Below are positions 12,741-25,820 of a stretch of DNA of 64,000 nucleotides, piece after piece. The first letter of the stretch is position 1. Every line of letters starts with the position of its first letter. A program made the position numbers and the translations under genes. The stretch covers positions 20,462,001 to 20,526,000 of the forward strand of contig NC_058369.1 in assembly GCF_018350175.1 (NCBI RefSeq). Reading direction: 5' to 3'. The notes under the pieces are model-generated. The model was not told the DNA's origin. It saw only the letters and a list, made by a program, of their open reading frames with translations, and ran no database searches. Source of the DNA: Felis catus. Lineage: Eukaryota.

Positions 12741-15700
12741 GAACTTTATTTTTAATAAGGGAGGCTCTCTTGGCACCTCAGCTCAGTTGCTTACCTCAGC
12801 AGTTATTTACTGAGCCCTCTTTTATGCTGCATTGTTCAGGGGATGGGGGAACCAGCTAGGAGGCAATCGTAGGGTCACAATCAAAGCTGACATTCCCTGG
12901 AAAAGGGAGGTTACCCAAGGTCAGTGGCTGAGTCCAGACTGGATGCCCTGGGCCGAGTATCATTCTGATGGTTTTGTGCCTTTTGCCACTTAGCCTCATC
13001 CATGAATGGGGCTGGGCCCAAGAGGTTCAGGACTTGTCATGAACTTGGGATACACTTGGGATGGTCCCCAGAGTGAGCATGGGTTGGCAGCAGTGTGAGC
13101 CAACATCTAATTGACCCTCTTTCTGTAGTAGGTGGGCAGTCAGAGCTGAAGCTACTGGTCTGGAAGTCAGCTTGGAGAGCCAGAAGCAAAGGCAGGAAGA
13201 GCCTGGCTGCCCATTTGCCCAGCAGGTTCCCATTAAGGAAGACCTTCGCAGTTGCTCTGGGCACAGGAAGCAGCTGCTGCAGGTGCCTTATTGGGCCTCA
13301 TATCCTCACCCCCAGTGAGGTGGAGACAGCTCCATTCCCAGGCTTCCCTTACTGAGGCTCACTTGCCGGTGCTGCCACCTGCACTCTCAGCAGTGCCAGG
13401 ACCTGGGGCTGAGTGACAGGCCCCAAGAATTCTTTCCTTGCCCATTTCCCCCAGTCACAGGGTTTAGGCATGCCCAGGGCGAGTGGGGTGGGAAGGGGAG
13501 GGATGGATTCACTAGGAAAGGCAAAGCAACCTTTGGAAGGTGGTGGCATTTAGGCTTAGCTTTGAAAGAGAGGTAGCATTTCCCGAGGTGAAAAAGGAGG
13601 TCAGGCAGAGTCACTGATTTGGGCATGGCTTATAAGTACATTGTGGCTAGAGTGCAGGGGAGGAGCAAAAGTTCGGGCCCAAGAGATGAAGCTGGGTCCT
13701 AAATGCTCCAGGCAGCCACTGATAGTGTCTGGGCAGATGAGTGACAGCATCCAAGCTGGGCTTTGTAACAGGACTTCAGCACAGAGATGGGGAGGGAGAG
13801 CTGGAGGCCACATAGCTGAGCTCTGAATGACACTCTACTCCCAGATGCCCTCAAACCAAGAGAAGCCCCCTACCTTATCAGGGCATGGCTTCCCTGACTC
13901 CTCTTAGTGAACTCCCCCTGGAGGCTGGTACCCACAGGAGGCCAGGTCTCTCCCCTCTGCTGGCCTAGGCCCTAGAACCTGTTCCTCAGTCTCTGGCTTC
14001 ACCTCTTTCCCCTCCCCTACCCCAGGGCTGAAAGCACAAAGCCAGCCTTTGCTGGGGCGGGCGTGGGAGCCACTACTCTCGAAATACCAGCTCAGATGTG
14101 GTAGCTTGGCAGTCCTCAGGACCCTGGGGGCTGAGGCTTGTCTGGATGGTGCTGTGGGGTTGGGCTGTCACCAATCCAGAGGGAGTCTTCTTCCCTAGGC
14201 AGATGGGATTTACCAAGGAAGAATTCTCTTGCTCCTCTCCACAAAGCTTGGGATTCCAGGAATGAGGGAAAGGGGAGAGATTTTGAGGAGGGGGCTTGTC
14301 ATCCAGAGCAGAAAAACTCTGCCCTTTAGCAGAGCCCTCAGATAAGGAAGTTTAGCTGTCTGATTATACAGATAGGAAAGCCTAAGTCTCCAGAGAAAGG
14401 GCTTTCCTAGGGGGTGGGTGGAGGGCAGAAGTCAGAGGTACCAGTTAGAGATGAGAAATTCAGGACCTCCTCCTCACCTACCTCCCCTCCTTCCCCCTCT
14501 CCTCTTCATCCTTACTTGCCCACTTGTCCTTCCCCTCTGGCACTTCCTGATGTCTCTGGCTCCCAGGTGGTTGGCTTCATGGTTCCATCTGCACCGAGCA
14601 GCCTTCCTGCTGCTGGATAATCAATCAATAACATATTTGTCAGCTTGTGAACCTTACAGGGCTCAAGGTCCTTGACTGCACAGATGCTTCAGAGAATGGC
14701 TGGGTCTTGGAGAGGGGTGGGATGTGGAGCCTGCCATGGTAACAGCAGCATCTGGGAGGCCGTGGCTCCCCTCCCATATTTGGGAGGGAGAGTGGGGGGG
14801 ATCCCAGGGCTGAGCTTCCAAGTCTCCCATAGGGTCCTCACCCTCGGGCTCCCTGCCCCCTGGTCCTACTCCACAAGGACCTAAGAAGGCCAGATTGGGA
14901 CTGAGCTGGGGTTGGAAATTGGCCTTCTGGGCCCTGGGAAAGGGAAAGGCTGGGCTTGGCTGCAGGGTCAGAGGCTTCCTGGTTCAGATGGGAACTAGGG
15001 TGCTTAAGGGCCTGGGTCTCCTGTGCCTACTTAGAGGGAATCACCCTCCCCTGCTCCTTAGTGCCCCAGTCTGCCCTGGTCTGATGGCTGCCGAGGCCCC
15101 CTCTTGAGCTGCCCAGGAAGCCTGGGTATGCAAGAATATGAGCAGAGGTGTAAATTGCATGGCAAGCTGTTGGCTCTGAGGTGAAAATGAAAAGTCTTGA
15201 GGCAGTGGCGCCAGCAGGCACAGCAGGCTGGGGTGCCAGGCACAGCGCCCTCCTTCCCCACCCTACTCTCCCTCACACCATCCCCTTTTTGCAGTCTTTC
15301 CCAGCTTCCTGCCCAAGCCTGGCTCCTCTGCCAGCCCCTCCCTTGCCATCTGGGGGGCTTTCAGGTAGACATGACCCCACAAAGCCTTCATCTGTTGCTT
15401 CCATTATGTTTTCTAAGTAGCTGACTGGTGTACAGAAAACTGGGCTTGGCTGTTTTGTTAATTTTGTGATCTTAACATTTGTGGTAGTTTCTCCAATTGA
15501 CTCCTTTTGAGTTTTTCAAGTATATAATTGTCCTATCTTTCAGTGATGGTGTTTTTATTCACCTTTTCCAGTTTCTCACTTCTTTTAGGATCATCTGTTC
15601 CAGTCTCTTTATTTTACAGTTGGGAATATTGAGACCCATAGAGAAGCCATCTATTCATCAATAGCTAGGCTCTGGGTTCTTGCCTGGAGCTCTCTCTGCC

Positions 15701-18700
15701 ACTTCTGCCCCTTCGCTCCCCTCCCTGGCAGCTCCATCTCACTCTTTGTCTCCTTTGCCCATCATTTTCATAGCTTCGAGCCCTCCTGCTACAAGTGGCG
15801 GGGGGAGGGTTCTCACCCACCCTTCCGCAGGCTCTCCCTGGTGGCACTGCAGGGACCCCAGAGCTATCTCGTGCTATCCCCTCCCACTCCACAGACAGGT
15901 TTAGGTTCTGGGCCAGAGGCTGTTGGGAGGCCCGGTGGGGATGAGAGACAGCCAGGGAGAGGGAAGTTGATGGAAGTTCCTGGGCAGAATAATAACAATG
16001 TGCCACATTCTAGCTGTAGCAGCGCCTGCTGTGCCTCCCCCATCACTTTGCACGTGTGATGCAGACCAGTTGCCTAAGGGGCCTCCAGGGTCTGAGCCCC
16101 CATTTGTAGGGAGTGCTGTGTGCAGGCGGGTGCACATTGGTGCCTGTGTAATTAAAAATGAGCATGCCTCACTTCACCCAGTGAGGAGATGCCACCACCT
16201 CGGGTGGGATGCAACAGCTGTTTGCTGGCATTGTAGCTGCCCAGCTGTCCAGCCTGGAATGGAGGGATGGGTAGGACTGGGCAGCTCAGGGTGAACAGGG
16301 AAGCTCAGAGCCCCTCACCCCAGTGAGGCAAAGGGCTGTGATTGGGTAGAGACAACAGAGCAGAACTCATCTTTTTCTGGGGCTCAAATGCAGGTGGGAG
16401 ATGTGTGAACCAATCCTTGACCTGTACCCTTTGCCTCATCCTTTTGGGGATTTGAGTCCACCTAGCTCTGAGCAGACCCAGCATCCAGGCAGGTTGGGAG
16501 TGTGATCCAACCTCAGTCTCTACCTGGACCTGACCTTTTCTGCCCCACATCCCCTTCCCACATCTAGCCAAAGCCAAGGGCATGGGTTGGTTGGTGCCCA
16601 GATGAGAGTAGTTCAGGTCTTCTCTCTTACTCTCATCCTCCCCTCTCCTGATGCAGTATGAACTACCAGGGGAAGCACTGCGGGTGGCATGGGGAAACCT
16701 TGGCCCACCATGACCATCTAAGCCTCTGTAGGAGCCCTAAGCTGCATGGGCCAAAATCCTTGCCTTCCACCCACCCAGTAATGAGCTCAGCCTGAGGTGA
16801 GAAGGGAATATATGGTGTGTTACCAAGGTAGCTGAGGCAGTAGCACCCTGGCAGCCTGTGTACACCGTTTCTTCCCTTGTTTATCAGCACCCCTAGGGGG
16901 ATGAGCCCATGTCAGTGCAGCAGTGGTATTGGAGGAAGTGCCGTTGACAGGTCTCCTGGAAATCTCTGCATTATGGGTGGTGTTCCAAGTCCCCCTCTTG
17001 TTTCTTCTATGAAAAGCCCAGGTGGGAGGTAAGCCTTGGAGATGTGTCTGAGGAACTAGAACTCCTGAATCCAGTTTCTAGCAGTTCCTGGTGGCCCCTT
17101 GGCATAGTGACTTTTTTCCTATTAGGTGGGAAGGATTGTGGATGACTGCATCTCTCCCTCCAAGGAGAGAGACCTTGTGGTCTCCTTGATTCTGTGTGGG
17201 AGTGAGTTGCTTTGGGTTGTGGCTTCATCAAATAGCCGGTGGCTTCAGTGGCCAGAGTAGATTCCCCTGTCCTGTTGATGCTTCCTGGAGCCTCTGGCTA
17301 TCTGGGCTGTGGGAGGGGGTGTGCCCAGGGCTGGAAGGACACCAGGCCCATCCAGGCCCCTTTGCCCAGCAGTACCAGTCAGTGTGGCATTGACTTGGTG
17401 TCCTTGTCCCTTGACAGTCTGTTCTCCAAGGGCTCCCTGGGGCTAGCTGAGGGAGAGGCAGCTGGTCTTGCCTTTCTCCAATGATTTTCCAATATTTATC
17501 AGCTCATCGACATGCATCCCAGGTCACAGCTCCTTCTGTGTAGCAAGGACCTGAGAGCTGGCCCATGATTTACCCTCTCTTCCCTCAGAGGCTCTACCTG
17601 GCTGCGGGGGGGGGGGGGGTGGGGGGGGGGCAGGGCAAGGCTTGTCCTCTGCCTAATCCGTTAGGGACAGGGCTTATGGCTAGTCCTGTCCCTCATCCCC
17701 CAGCCCCAGTTGGGCTCATTATTGCTCTGGGGACAGAACATGGAGGGGGGCTTGAGGAGAGGCTACAGGGACAACTATAAACCCCTCCCTTGCCTATGGG
17801 CCTGAGTTGGAAGTTTGCACCTTTGCTTTCCTCCTGCTTCTCTCCTTTGCCCCGAGTCTGAATTTTGACAGGACCTGGCATGTGTTAAAATGATTTGAGG
17901 CTGAGCCGTCAGTGAGATTTTTAATTAGCTCCCTGTCTCCTTCCACCAAGGAGGGCCAGGGGCCCCCAGGTGGTGGGGGGAGGACCAGGCTGGGTTTGGG
18001 TGGGAGGCTGCCCCTCCAGGGGCCTGGGGGCAGGCATGGGCAGCTGGCACTCCTTGTGTGGGATGCTATAAGGAGGGAGAGCTGGACAGGGAAGGAAGGG
18101 CTGTGTAGCCAGGCCAGTTCTCTCTCTCTCTCCTCTGTCTCCCCTGTTTCTCTGTTCTCCCCGATGGCTTTGAGATGAAGGCGACGGCAAGGATGGAGGA
18201 TGCAGTTTCCATGGCAACGAGGCTGTCCACAGCCAGGCAACTTCAGAGCCGGGCTCTCCGGAGGAGGCAGATGCGCAGAGCAGCCACAGAGCTGCCTCTC
18301 GCCTGCCAATGAGGGGGCTGGCAAAGCAGGTGGTAAGGGTGGCTGCCTGGTACTGCCCACCCTGATGCCCAGCCTAGAGGGGAGACTGAAAAAAGGACTA
18401 CTCTCTCTTATCATCCCTGTTACTTCCAGAAGGGAAGCCAGGCAGGTGGTTTGAATGTTGACAAGAGTTGGCGTAGGGTTCCATTGTCCCTGGAATTTCT
18501 TGGTGGGCACAGACTCTTGTTCCTGGGAGCATCTCCCAAAGCTAAAATTGTACATCCCTTGAGATATGGACCACCAGGTGGCTGATGACCACTCAGCAGA
18601 TTTCCTCTGCACCTTTTGAATACCCAGAGCATGGGCATGTTGGTGAAAGCTATGCCCTGATTGGTTTCAGGGACCTTTTTCTTCCCTCTAGCTACCAAGG

Positions 18701-20521
18701 AAGGACTTGGACTTTCTTCAGGGAGACCCCCCCGACCCTGGGCTTGTGACATGGCATAGTTCACTGAGGGGGGCTCAGGTTTGGCAGACGCTCCCAGTGC
18801 TGGCATTAGAGTAACCCCCAGAGCCTGGTAGCTCCTACTTCCTGATGTCGTGTTTTTGTTCGTCCTCCTGAGGACCAGGGCTGAGTGAGTGTGTGGGTAG
18901 CTGGAAAAGCAGAGGCAGCCATCAGTGTATGTGGAGATGGGAGGAGCTGGGCATGTGGACTCATGAGGTAGCATGAAGAGCACCCAGATTGGCAAAAAAT
19001 ACTGGACTCAAACTATTGAAAATAATGACTTTCCTTCACCGACCCTGCAGTGTTTGAGCACATGGAGACTTAGGGTGCAGGGCCTTGCCCACATTACCCA
19101 TGGAGTCAGGTGAGGTGAGCTGCAGGTGGACCTTGGCCAGGCCACCTACTTACCCTGCGGGGTCCTAGACATACCCTGTCCCTTCTGGCTGCTGGACTCC
19201 CTGGCTGATAAACCTTCCAGGCTCACTTTTCCTCTTCTCTTTCCCTGGGGGGTTCATTTTTACCCTTCTTCACTGCTTTAATTGGAAGGGGTTCCTCAAC
19301 CCTAATGTTGGCCAGGGAGGTGGACAAGTGGAGTCCTAGAGTGGCTTCTCCCTACCAGGCAATAAGTCTTTCATTACTGCTAAGTGGAAGGCTCATTTCA
19401 GAGCTCATGATGAGAGCCGGGCATGTGCTATAAATAGTCGTGTTGTGAAGGCTGGCGGGTGAGCAGTGATAGGGCAGGGGCCTCACAGTCATCTTAGTGG
19501 GTAATTGCACTCCATGGCAGGAAAGGGGGGCAGGCTGGGGAGCAAAATGGGCTTGACCCCTGTTGTGAGTGTTTCTGAATGCCTCAGTGCAGCTCTGGCA
19601 TGTGTCTTTGCCCCCTTCCACACACACTGGGGGTGGGGAGATCTTTGGGTTTTGTGTCCAGGCAGAGGGGAGTAGAGTGCCTGTCTCAGAACTTGGGGCC
19701 CTATAAACTGGTACTTCGGCTCCCTGGGGAATTGGGGTGATGTTCGGTGCTAGTTCTACTTGTCCTGCCTGCCCCTCCAGCCTAGGGTCTGCCTCTTTCA
19801 CCTTGGCTGAAACTCTGGGAAGGTGCTAGAAGGGGTGGGAACCAACCATATCTGGTAGCCTTGAAGGTTGGCATAGACCTGACCTGGTAGGGGAATGGGA
19901 GTGCAAGAGGGGTTTAGTTGGCCGGGAGCCCCTGTCCAGGGTTTGTCAGTAACATGTCTGCAAGGGCAGGAGCTGGAAGCCTAAGGGTCAAGGGCAGTGA
20001 CCTTTCCTTTCTGATATCTCTGGGTCAATCAATATTGTCCAGGGTGGAGGGGACGTCAGGGCCTGAGGATCCTAGGATGGGAAACCTAGCAGGTCACAGC
20101 TTGGCTTGGCTTGGGTGGCTGGGGCCACAGTTCATGGTGTCCCTGTCCCTGGGGTAGTCTGGGGCGCTAAGCTTCATGGCTCCTTGAGACCATTGCTTTC
20201 TGGAACAGTCTTTTGGTTGCAGGCATACAGATAGGACCAGTGGTTCCAGGCCCCTGGATTCTTTTAGCACCTGCCCCAGGGTGTTGTCCAAAGGACTCCT
20301 GTTCGTTAAACCACTGCCTCCTGGAGTATGGGGCCCTGCTCTTAGGGTGCTCTGTGTGTGCCTCCCTCAGCAGAGGTTTGGCACTTGGGGGAGATTGAGT
20401 TAGGAGACAGAGCCAGACCCCTGGGAGGGAGTGCACAATCGACAGTTCCTAGGGCCTCTCAGGGACAAGTGGGTCAGAAGCCCCATAGGTCTTATTCCAC
20501 CTTTTGCCACTTTCCAACAAG

Positions 20522-20690
20522 GGGCGGAAGCTGTGTGCCCACCCTCGGCTAGAGATCTACCAGCAAGACCAGATCTATTTCATGTGCCCACTGGCACGGC
20601 AGGGAGACTTCTACGTGCCTGAGGTGAAGGAGACAGAGCGGAAAAGCCGAGGGCCCGCAGAGGCCACTGACGCCCAGATGGATGGCACAG
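20522..20690 (+). CDS. TEX264: TEX264 penultimate coding exon (GRKLCAHPRLEIYQQDQIYFMCPLARQGDFYVPE...QMDGT), 169 nt, phase 0/1
   Basis: Recognisable TEX264 peptide; acceptor aag, donor cag|gtatgg; frame consistent with flanking exons. Confidence 0.94.
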
Positions 20691-23600
20691 GTATGGATGG
20701 TGGGACCCTCTGTGGAGCCTCTCCCTGGACATGTGGGGCATGGTTTAGGAGACTCCTCCATGGCTGGGTTGGCACTGTGGGTGTCCAGGCTAAGCTTGAC
20801 AGAGGTGGAGAAAGAAGACGTGCCTACCCCGGACCCACATGCAGAATTGCCTGTTTCCAGATACATGGATCCATGTAGATGTGGATTCACACATGTTACC
20901 CCTGGCAACACAGATACAAAGACCCTGCCTGGATTCCCTTCAGATGCAACAGGGAGTACCCTTGGAAACTGAGCTCACAGACAGCTGGATGCTCATGGGA
21001 GGTAGATGCAGCTGTTTGGGAAAACCATCACTTGGGTGGGGCTCATCAGGGAGTAAGCCTGGCACTGGATCTGGAAGGTACAGAAGGGAACAGGTTGTTC
21101 TCCTTTCCCCCGGTATGGAACCCAGCCAAAAGAAGGATGCTTTCTCCCTTCTGAAGAGCAGCCAGAGAGCATGCAGAGGGCAGCCAGAAGATCAGTGCCT
21201 GCCCCTTCCACCAGAGCCAGCCTTCATGTCCCAGGTCCAGGCCAGCTGGTGGTTTGCCTGCTCTCAGCCCCCCTCCCTTCCATCACCTCTGCGACCCTGG
21301 GCTGTTCCCAGGAGCAAGGGGGCCTGCTGGTAATATCCTAAGGAATCCAGCCCTTGTCCATGCTCGTGGAGCCTTGTGTAATCGATTCTGGAGGCCCAAG
21401 ACCTGTGGGAGTGGTACAGGGCTGGAGAAGAGCAGCTGTCCCTCTCTCTTTAGATTTCATCTGCCCAGCCAGTCTTCCATAGCCAAGGTCACCCTAGAGT
21501 GGTGTACGTTGTAGCAGGGGGTTGGGGTACTGAGAGTCAGTCTCCACTCCCTAGAGGCCGTGTCCAACACAGTTAACTTCATCTGCCACTTAATTATCTC
21601 CATGGGGCACTGCTCCACCCGCCTGGTGGAGCCCAGCAGACATTCTTCAGTGCCCCTACTGTGGGCACAAGACATGGCACAAGGTCAGCAGGCCCAGGCA
21701 GTCCCCAGGGAAGGAAGGGGGAGTGCCTTGACCTTCCTTCAACCTCCCTGTGCTGCTTACACCCCACCCCCACCCCCACCCCGTCCTTGGCCCACCCACC
21801 CAGCTTCTCTCCCAAACACTGCCTGCCAGGGGTGTTGAAGGACTGCTTGGCACCTGCTGCAGCTGGCTGCAGCTGTGGCTCCCACGCCCCCAGAGCCTTG
21901 GCCTGTCCTCCCCACTAGCCTGCCTGCCCACTCCCTGGTGGGGGCACCAAGGGGTCTGCCCACCTCTGACAGGGTCTGCCCTGACACCCAGGGCAGACTC
22001 TGAGCATGTGTCTGCCAGGTGCATGTCATTTGCATGGCAGTGTGTGCTGGGTACTTGGCTGCCCAGGGCTTGGCCTGTCCCTGCCTGCCTCCCCACTGGG
22101 GCCTCCACTTGGGCTAGGAGGTGAAAGGGGATGATTAGCTGCCTTATGTCTGTTATTACATTGATGTATTATTTAGCTCCAGAGAAGCAATGAATATTTG
22201 ATCTCCCTGCACTGGCTATGGGCATTGGAGGAAGGAGGGACTGGGGTGAAGGTGGTAGCTTCATTCCCTGCCCCAGCAGCCCTAGAGACTTAGGTGCTGT
22301 TCTTCCTTGCCAGGCCTCCTGTGCCCTGGGACACAGGCCCAAGACTCTGGAAATTCCTCTGGTGCAGACCTTGGTAGGCCTAGAGGGATGCCACTTCCCT
22401 GCCTTGGACTCATTTGCCAGAAATGTCCCCAGGGGCTGTCCTTATCCCAGCATACTGGGCCCCAGCCTGAAGGGGCCTCCCTGGGCTCCTTCCTCTGATC
22501 ACCCCTAGCCTAGGAGCTGGGAGAGGGAGGAGGAGGCAGCTGGCAGCTAAGCAGGCAGGTTCCCATATCCAGATCCCAAGAGAGCCATTGGGTAAGTGGG
22601 CTGGTGGAACATGACAGTTTAATGGGGCCTGGGGGCCCCATTTCATTTGCTCTTTTCAGGCCTACAGCCCCTGGTGCACTGATTATCATTTAAGGAGTGA
22701 CTAAGAGGCTGGAGTCCTGCCCCAGAGTCAGAAGGAACCACCCATAACTCAGGATGTAACCCAAGGTCACTCATGGATGCCTCTATTCTGGGCGTCATGA
22801 TTGGGGCCCAGCCAGAAGAGGGCCCTGGACCAGAAGCCTGGCACTTCCAGGGTCCCCTTCACCTCTGCCAGTTGGCCCAAAGGACATCTTCTCAGGGCCA
22901 AGGGGACTGGAGAGCGGACTCCAAGTCTCCCCATCCTTACGCTAGTCCCCGTCTGAGGCACAGTGTAAGTTCCAGGCCAAGTCCAAATGCCAAGCATTCC
23001 CCAGCTGCTCCTAGCTCGGGGCTCCATCACCATGGAGACAGGATCTGGGGAAGTTGGCCCACCCTTCACCTCTGTGATGTTTGACAGCTACCCCTCTCCC
23101 TCTCACATAGGAAGGGAGACATATCAGCCTTCTCTCAATCTGGATTCTTACACAGCAGGCCTGAGCTCTTTGTCCCTCCTTGCCCCCTGCCAACTGTTGT
23201 CAGTTTCTCTGATCTGGGGAGATGAATTGAAGGGTTGCTCCTGAAGAGGGCAGATGAAGTGTCTGCTTGCCTGCAGGATGTGTTAGGGGTGGGAGGAACA
23301 GACTGGGAGGGATCTGAACCATCACCCCTGTCTCAGGGCTCTCCAGCTGCCCTCAGAGTGCTCTTCTGGTCCCCTTCTGCTGCCTTGTAGCTCAGGAACC
23401 ACCAGTCATTGGAGATATTTAAGGGCTCCTCTGGGATGACCCATGCATATGGGAAGAAAGCCTTTAAAATGCTTTATCCCAGTACCCTCCTTCCTTGCAG
23501 CTGGTTTCCTAGGACTTCTCCATCCCACTCCTGCCCTAGCTGCCTCCTCAAATCAGGGCTCTGTGGGCCAGAGGCTGAGGCCAGCTGCCTTCCTGGATAC

Positions 23601-24132
23601 AGCTGCTCCTTGGGGAGCCCTGCATGGGGGAGGGGACAAGAGAGTAGGCCTCCTGGTCCATTCTCCTGTCCTCATGCCTTGTAGGCACTGTCTGTAGCTG
23701 GCCTTGAACAAACCTTTCTCTAAGCCTGAAATGGGGGGTGGAGGAGGGGACAGTACTTGAGTCTTTTTGTTCTACCCTTAGCTCCTCACCTCAGGGCTGA
23801 GTGGTCCTTAATGGACTGTTGGGGGTGGGGGTGGGGCAGCAGGCTTTGTGGGCGTGCTGGGAGCTGTGAGGCTATTTCAGGGGAGGGAGAGGAGTGCACA
23901 GCTGACTGCCCTCCCCCGCCCTCTCTTCCTTTGCCCTGTCAGTGCAGCCCTGCTCAGGGCAGAGGCCAGAGGCCAGCTGCAACGAGTCTCCTGAGCCAGG
24001 GCCCGCTTTATTATTCATGAGCACACTATGTATGCTGGATTGCTGAACAAGTGATAAGGCCTCTGTCCTCTCCCTGGAGGAGGGGAGGGCATGGGGGTCC
24101 TAGCTAATGTGTACTCCCTCTTCCTGGTCCAG

Positions 24133-24425
24133 GAGCTGATACGATGAGTGACACGAGTTCTGTAAGCCTGGAGGTTGGTCCTGGCAGCCGGGAGACTTCA
24201 GCTGCCACACTGTCCCCTGGGGTGAGCAGCCGTGGCTGGGACGATGGTGACACCCGCAGTGAGCACAGCTATAGCGAGTCGGGCGCCAGTGGCTCATCCT
24301 TTGAGGAGCTGGACCTGGAAGGCGAGGGACCCCTGGGAGAGCCAAGGCTGAGCCCTGAGGCTGAACCCCTAGGGGCTGCCAAGTGGCCCCGGGAACCTAG
24401 TACCCCGGAGAAGGGTGAGGAGTAA
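24133..24425 (+). CDS. TEX264: TEX264 terminal coding exon: disordered acidic tail with LIR (SSFEEL, FEEL at 24300-24311) and SHP-like GEGPLG (24321-24338); stop TAA
   Basis: ccag acceptor at 24131-24132, phase 1, 293 nt to TAA; known TEX264 LC3- and p97-binding motifs present. Confidence 0.96.
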
Positions 24426-24693
24426 CCCTAGGCTCATACCCTCCTGGGGTGCAATCGCTAAGGAACTGAGCAGACTCTCCAGCCCTCTTCCTCCTTCACC
24501 TCTCAGGCCCAGGCTGGGGCCTGGGGCCTCAGGGGGACCTGATTTCCACTGCCCTGGGCTCTAGCTAAGCCTTCTACCACACTTTTGGCTCCCAGGGCCA
24601 AAGGAGCCAGGGACTGTAATCTGCACCCAGACCCCGGGGCTACTGCCCCTCTGACACCTTTTTTCAGATTCACATTGGAGCTTCCAGAACCAG

Positions 24694-24699
24694 AATAAA
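24694..24699 (+). terminator. TEX264: TEX264 polyadenylation signal AATAAA
   Basis: AATAAA about 270 nt after the stop, followed by T/GT-rich downstream sequence. Confidence 0.85.
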
Positions 24700-25129
24700 G
24701 CATATAATTTTCTTGTTTCACCTGGATTTGGGCTGTGCATTTGTGTGTTTGTTTCACCCTGAGAAGCCCTGTGCAGATAGGTTGGGGGTGGGCAGAAGTA
24801 CCCCTAGCCTGGGGAGAGGAGGGAATATGTCAAGGTACCCTGGGGTGAGAGGAGGAAGCGGGGTATTGAAGGCCCTCCACTCCCTGCTCTGTGGCTCCAG
24901 TTGACAGCTGCTTCTCCGTTGCAGCAGCCCCAAAGGCTCCCCAGGCTGCTGGGAAACAGGCAGAACAGGTCAAGGGGAGTAAGGGCCAAGCATGGGGTGC
25001 CCTTCGGGGCCCAGGAGTGGGGAGCTCACAGCCTGCCTTTGCTTCCAAGGGATGCCTTTGTATCTGTAGCTCAAGTGTGCCCATGCTCATGCTGGTATCT
25101 AGTTAGCAGGTGAAGACATCCCTGCTGTG

Positions 25130-25820
25130 CCTGCCAGTGTCTGTGTACCTTTGTGTGTAACTGCACACACATGCACACATGCCTTTGGCTCTGTGTGTGT
25201 AACTAAGGTGGCTCTGTTCATGGTGGTCTCAGGTGAAGCTGTGCCCAAGTAGGCATTAGGATGTGATTGTGGCTGAGTGTGGCTGTATTTGTGTGGATGG
25301 CTATGTGGTTATATGCATATGGTACTGTGCTTTATGTGTCTTAACTATATGTGATGGTACTGACAGAGGTGTGAGACTGGCTGGCTAGGAGCATCACTGT
25401 GGGGGCTTTGTCCATATACATCTATCTGTGTGTAGCTGTGTGTCTGTGTACAGCTGTATTGTGTGTTCACATGTAAAGCTATGTGCTTTTCTGTGTGTCA
25501 CATGTAAAGCTATAGGTCAGTGCATCTGTGTCTGTGAGTTTAGCTATGTATGTGTAGATATGTCCATGTGTATGGTTATATGTATATGATGGGGTGTCTA
25601 TATATACAGCTGTTTGTCTGCATGTAAAGTTATGTATTATGGCTGTGTGTACATCTGTGCGTATAGTTGCATATACTTCTCTGTGTGTGGCCATGTCCAT
25701 ATATACAAGTCTGTAAGGCTGGGTGTCTTTGTGTGCACGGCTGGGAGTGGTGGCTGCAGAGCTGGGTACATACATGTGGACATACATGCATGTCCATGTG
25801 CTGCAGTGGGACTGTGTAGG
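25130..25820. repeat. Degenerate TG/TA purine-pyrimidine low-complexity tract between TEX264 and GRM2
   Basis: About 700 nt dominated by tgtg/tatg/catg units. Confidence 0.75.

Noticed and set aside
17794..18612. 272-aa minus-strand ORF
   Set aside because: No recognisable domain, low-complexity composition, non-ATG start; expected by chance in GC-rich DNA
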